A stretch of DNA of 64,000 nucleotides, from assembly GCA_046757685.1 (NCBI GenBank), contig JBHHYV010000006.1:283-64282 (forward strand). The letters run 5' to 3'. The notes below the pieces were generated by a model that made no database searches, was not told the origin of the DNA, and saw only the letters and a program-made list of their open reading frames with translations. This document shows positions 60,708-64,000 of this stretch, piece after piece. The stretch's first letter is position 1; every line of letters begins with the position of its first letter. Made by a program: the position numbers and the translations under genes. Origin of the DNA: Myxococcota bacterium. GTDB lineage: Bacteria > Myxococcota_A > UBA9160 > SZUA-336.

Positions 60708-61448
60708 CTAGGATCCGGCCTTCTTCAGCTCCTGGTCGATCTGGGCGCTCATGCCCTCCACGGAGCGCGCGCGCACCTTGCGCCCATTGATGTAGAGCGT
60801 CGGAGTTCCCCGCACGTCGACCGACACCCCCTGCCGGTAGTCCTCGCTGACCCGCTTGTCGAAGTCGGCCTTGTTCTTCTCGAGGTCCTTCTTGAAGCGC
60901 TCGACGTCGAGGCCCGCCTCCTTCGCGTACTCGACCATCTTCGAGGCGTCGAGGTCCCGCTTGGTGTTGTGCTCGAAGAGCACGTTGTGGAAGGGCCAGA
61001 ACTTGCCCTGGGCCTGCGCGGCCAGCGAAGCGATCGCCGCGGGCCGTGCGGCCGGATGGAAGTTGAGCGGGAACTGCTTGTACACGATCTTGACCTTGTC
61101 CCCATACTTCTTCCGGACCTGCGCGATCAGCGGCTCGGTGCGTGCGCAGAAGGGACACTGGAAGTCCGAGAACTCGACGATGGTGACGGGAGCATCGGAG
61201 CGCCCCAGGACGGGCGCGCTTCCGAGGTCGATGTCGTAGACCTTGGCGAAGTCCTCGGGAGGACGCGTCGGCTTCGCCGCAGGCCGGGCCGCCAGGATCT
61301 TCTGCTGGCCCTTCTCGAGCGCGGCCAGCTTCTGGAGGATCTCCTCCTGCTGCTGCTTCAGTCCCTCCACGTCCTCTTGCGTCGCGCCGCAGGCGGCAAC
61401 GCCGAGAGCGAGCAGAAGCGCGGCTCCGCTCCTCCAGATTCGGCCCAT
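60708..61448 (-). CDS. DsbA-family thiol:disulfide oxidoreductase
   Basis: Signal peptide, a coiled region, then VTIVEFSDFQCPFCAR (CPFC active site). Confidence 0.8.
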   Translation of the reverse strand: MGRIWRSGAALLLALGVAACGATQEDVEGLKQQQEEILQKLAALEKGQQKILAARPAAKPTRPPEDFAKVYDIDLGSAPVLGRSDAPVTIVEFSDFQCPFCARTEPLIAQVRKKYGDKVKIVYKQFPLNFHPAARPAAIASLAAQAQGKFWPFHNVLFEHNTKRDLDASKMVEYAKEAGLDVERFKKDLEKNKADFDKRVSEDYRQGVSVDVRGTPTLYINGRKVRARSVEGMSAQIDQELKKAGS

Positions 61449-61692
61449 CCTTCATCCTCCTCGTGACCCTGCCCGAGTCCCGGCTCCGCGAGACGATACC
61501 TCACGCCGGCCTCGCCCGAGAGGCTGCTTCGGCCGGCGCGGCCTGCCACTGGAGTCCGTAGCGCCCGGGGGGCTCCGGGAGGGGCGCTCGGTCTCCGGCG
61601 GCGGGCGCCGGAGGCGTGGGTTGGAGGGCCGCCGATCCGTCGGTACCCTCCGGCGGCCTCGGCCGAGCTCCCCGGAGGGCGCCACACCCACG

Positions 61693-62637
61693 ATGGATCC
61701 GCTGCCGGAAGCGTTGCGCCCGATCCCGGGGCGGTCCAGGTGGGCCGCGTGGGGCACCGCCCTGCGGCCGGAGCAGTGGCTGAAGAACACGGTGGTCGCT
61801 GCGGGAACGGTCTTCGGGCTGCGGCTCGCAGATCCCTCCGCCTGGCTGGCCATGCTGGCCGCGTTCTGCGTGTTCTCGGCCGCGAGCAGTGGCGTCTACC
61901 TGGTCAACGACGTGGTCGATCGCGAGCGGGATCGAGGCCACCCGAGCAAGCGCCGGCGTCCGATCGCGGCGGGCGAGATCTCGCCGGGCGCTGCTCTCTG
62001 GGCCGGAGGGCTCCTGTCCGCGATCGCGTTCGGCGGGGCGCTGCGCCTGGCGCCCGGAGTCGCCGCGGCGGTCGGGGCGTACCTGCTCCTGAACGTGCTC
62101 TACTCGCTCGTCCTCAAGCATGTCCCGATCGTGGACGTGATCGCGATCGCACTCGGCTTCGTCCTGCGCGCCGCTGCGGGCGCCGCGGCGGTCTCGGTGG
62201 TGATCTCACCGTGGCTGGTGATCTGCACCTTCACGCTCATGCTCTTCCTCGCGATCGCCAAGCGGCGCGCCGAGCTGGCGGCTGCCGCGCCGGCCTCCCC
62301 GACGCGACGCTCCAGCCGAGGCTACAGCCTGGAGCTCCTCGACCAGATGATCACGGTGCTCGTGGCCACGACCCTGGTCTCGTACTGCCTGTACACGCTC
62401 TCGCCGGATGTGCGGGCAAAGCTGGGAGCCGACCACCTCTACCTGACCGTGCCCTTCGTCGTCTACGGGATCTTCCGCTACCTGGTGCTCGTGCGCGAGA
62501 CGCGCGGCACCGAGAACCCCGCGCGCGCGGTACTCGGGGATCGGCCCCTGCTCCTCACGCTCGCGCTCTGGAGTGCGACGGTGGTAGCGCTGCTCTACTC
62601 GGGCGCGGGCGCGGGGAGCCGCGCGGCGGGTGGCTGA
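61693..62637 (+). CDS. UbiA-family prenyltransferase, decaprenyl-phosphate phosphoribosyltransferase-like
   Basis: LRPEQWLKNTVVAAG..., the Asp-rich NDVVDRERDRGHPSKRRRPIAAG, and about 8 TM helices. Start taken at the internal ATG of track ORF 61243..62637. Confidence 0.75.
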   Translation: MDPLPEALRPIPGRSRWAAWGTALRPEQWLKNTVVAAGTVFGLRLADPSAWLAMLAAFCVFSAASSGVYLVNDVVDRERDRGHPSKRRRPIAAGEISPGAALWAGGLLSAIAFGGALRLAPGVAAAVGAYLLLNVLYSLVLKHVPIVDVIAIALGFVLRAAAGAAAVSVVISPWLVICTFTLMLFLAIAKRRAELAAAAPASPTRRSSRGYSLELLDQMITVLVATTLVSYCLYTLSPDVRAKLGADHLYLTVPFVVYGIFRYLVLVRETRGTENPARAVLGDRPLLLTLALWSATVVALLYSGAGAGSRAAGG

Positions 62638-64000
62638 GCCCGCGCTCCCCGATCGCCTCCGGCGGCAGCTCGGTCTCTTCGACACCACGATGGTCGTCGC
62701 CGGCAGTGTGATCGGAGTCGGTATCTTCACGACCAGCGGCCTCGTCGCTGCCTCGCTTCCGAGCGTGGGCTGGATCCTGGCCGCGTGGATCCTCGGCGGA
62801 GTGCTGTCCGCCGCGGGAGCCCTCACCAACGCCGAGATGGGCGCGTCCCTTCCGCACGCGGGGGGCGACTACGTCTACCTGCGCGAGGCCTTCCACCCGG
62901 CTCTGGGGTTCGTCGCGGGCTGGCTCAGCTTCTTCGCGATCTTCTGCGGCACGGTCGGCACCTTGGCTTCCGGGCTCGCGGAGTACCTGAGCGTGCTCCT
63001 GCCCCCGCTCCAGGGGCATGTGTGGCAGGCAGGACCGGTCCGCATCGGAGGGGCGCAGGGTGCCGCGCTCTTCGCGGTCTGGGCATCGACGGCGCTTTGC
63101 GGGTACGGCGTGCGCGAGGGGGCCCGGGTCCAGAACCTCTTCAGCGTCGCCAAGATCTCCGCTCTCGTCCTGCTCTCGATCTCGGCGCCGCTGCTCGGAG
63201 CGCGCGGCGTGGCCGCGCTCCCGGTGGATCCCAGCGTGACCCTGGCGGTCTCCTGGATCCCGGCGCTGGGGGCGGCGCTGGTCCCGATCCTCTTCACCTA
63301 CCTGGGTTGGAACGCTCCGGTCTACATCGCCTCCGAGATTCGGGACCCCGCCCGAACGCTGCCACGCGCGCTGCTCCTGGGGACGGCGCTCGTGACCGCG
63401 CTCTACCTGATCGTGAACGGCGTCTACCTCTACGCGCTCCCCCTGGACCAGATGTTCACGCTCGACGCTGCGGGCCGGCGCGTGGGGGTCGTGCGGATCG
63501 CCGAGCTCGCGGCCGTGTCGTTGATCGGTCCCGGGGGGGGGCGCCTGGTGACGGTGCTGGTCGTGCTCTCGATCGTAGGCACGCTGCACGCCACGGTGCT
63601 GGTGGGGGCCAGGATCGTCTATGCCATGGCACTCGATCGCACCTTGCCGCGGGCCTTCGCGGCGGTGCACCCGAATCGCCACACGCCCCACGTCGCGCTC
63701 GTGCTGCAGGCGGGGATCGCGTCCCTGCTGCTCGTGACCGGGAGCTTCGGCGCGATCCTCACCTACACGACGTTCGCGGTGATCTCGCTGATGCTGCTCG
63801 ACGGCCTGGCGCTCTTCCGCCTGCGCCAGAGGAGCGACCTGGCGCGACCCTACCGCGTGTGGGGCTATCCGTGGGTGCCCGGTCTCTACGTGCTCGCCAG
63901 CCTGTGGCTCTGGCTCAATACCCTCGTGCTCCAGCCGCTCGAGGCGGGACTGGGCCTGCTGATCGCTGCAACCGGCCTTCCGGCCTGGTGGATCTCGCGC
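62630..64000 (+). CDS. APC-family amino acid permease (3' end beyond the window)
   Basis: Not in the ORF track because there is no stop. GTG at 62630 overlaps the upstream stop. LGLFDTTMVVAGSVIGVGIFTTSG...NAEMGASLPHAGGDYVYLREAF...FTYLGWNAP is typical of APC permeases. Confidence 0.8.
   Translation, partial: MAEPALPDRLRRQLGLFDTTMVVAGSVIGVGIFTTSGLVAASLPSVGWILAAWILGGVLSAAGALTNAEMGASLPHAGGDYVYLREAFHPALGFVAGWLSFFAIFCGTVGTLASGLAEYLSVLLPPLQGHVWQAGPVRIGGAQGAALFAVWASTALCGYGVREGARVQNLFSVAKISALVLLSISAPLLGARGVAALPVDPSVTLAVSWIPALGAALVPILFTYLGWNAPVYIASEIRDPARTLPRALLLGTALVTALYLIVNGVYLYALPLDQMFTLDAAGRRVGVVRIAELAAVSLIGPGGGRLVTVLVVLSIVGTLHATVLVGARIVYAMALDRTLPRAFAAVHPNRHTPHVALVLQAGIASLLLVTGSFGAILTYTTFAVISLMLLDGLALFRLRQRSDLARPYRVWGYPWVPGLYVLASLWLWLNTLVLQPLEAGLGLLIAATGLPAWWISR

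Noticed and set aside
61593-61660. Two GC-rich hairpins in the 244-bp leader of the UbiA-family gene: CTCCGGCG-gcggg-CGCCGGAG, and a bulged ~10-bp stem after it.
   Set aside because: Stems of 8-10 bp are expected by chance at a non-trivial rate in ~70% GC sequence of this length (rough estimate). No known riboswitch pattern was recognised.
1-64000. A search by eye for tRNA/rRNA genes, CRISPR repeats, transposase/integrase genes, phage genes and toxin-antitoxin or defence-system signatures.
   Set aside because: None found. Coding density is high, and every sizeable ORF with sensible composition was assigned to respiration, metabolism or transport. Small RNAs cannot be excluded without covariance-model scans.

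Overview
This is a high-GC, almost fully coding segment from a Gram-negative bacterium (System I cytochrome c maturation genes, lipoproteins and outer-membrane barrel candidates). All family assignments come from reading motifs by eye. No searches were run.

Positions 1-28,259 form a dense c-type cytochrome respiratory island:
- ccmABCDE and the start of ccmF on the minus strand.
- A plus-strand block, apparently driven by a sigma-54 promoter. It encodes cytochromes with 4, about 12, 5 and about 12 haems, two paralogous NHL-repeat beta-propeller lipoproteins and a 667-aa putative outer-membrane beta-barrel. This matches the parts of a Geobacter Ext-type porin-cytochrome conduit, plus the NHL proteins. 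It is my main candidate for an undescribed system.
- A second sigma-54 promoter, followed by an NrfBCD/Cbc-like quinol module and a c554-like tetrahaem cytochrome.
- A minus-strand operon of pentahaem cytochrome, molybdopterin-family subunit, FeS subunit and NrfD subunit (Qrc/ACIII/Psr-like).
- A decahaem MtrA/DmsE-like cytochrome with an MtrB/PioB-like barrel and no MtrC.
- A Rieske/cytochrome b operon whose cytochrome b is internally deleted and frameshifted.

I count about 60 CXXCH motifs plus three CX3CH/CX4CH variants.

Positions 28,260-64,000 hold mixed metabolism and transport genes: thiolase, TauD, SDRs, an F420/LLM oxidoreductase, a tandem-fused CaiB CoA-transferase, GSTs, Sir2, a globin-coupled kinase, HemF, P450, NhaA, PurE, IF-1, a CDF transporter, DsbA, a UbiA-family enzyme and an APC permease.

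The most notable items there are:
- A deiodinase-family selenoprotein with an in-frame UGA and a SECIS-like hairpin, which the ORF track splits in two.
- A GST remnant.
- A 557-bp unexplained gap.

I saw no rRNA, tRNA, CRISPR array, IS element or integrase.
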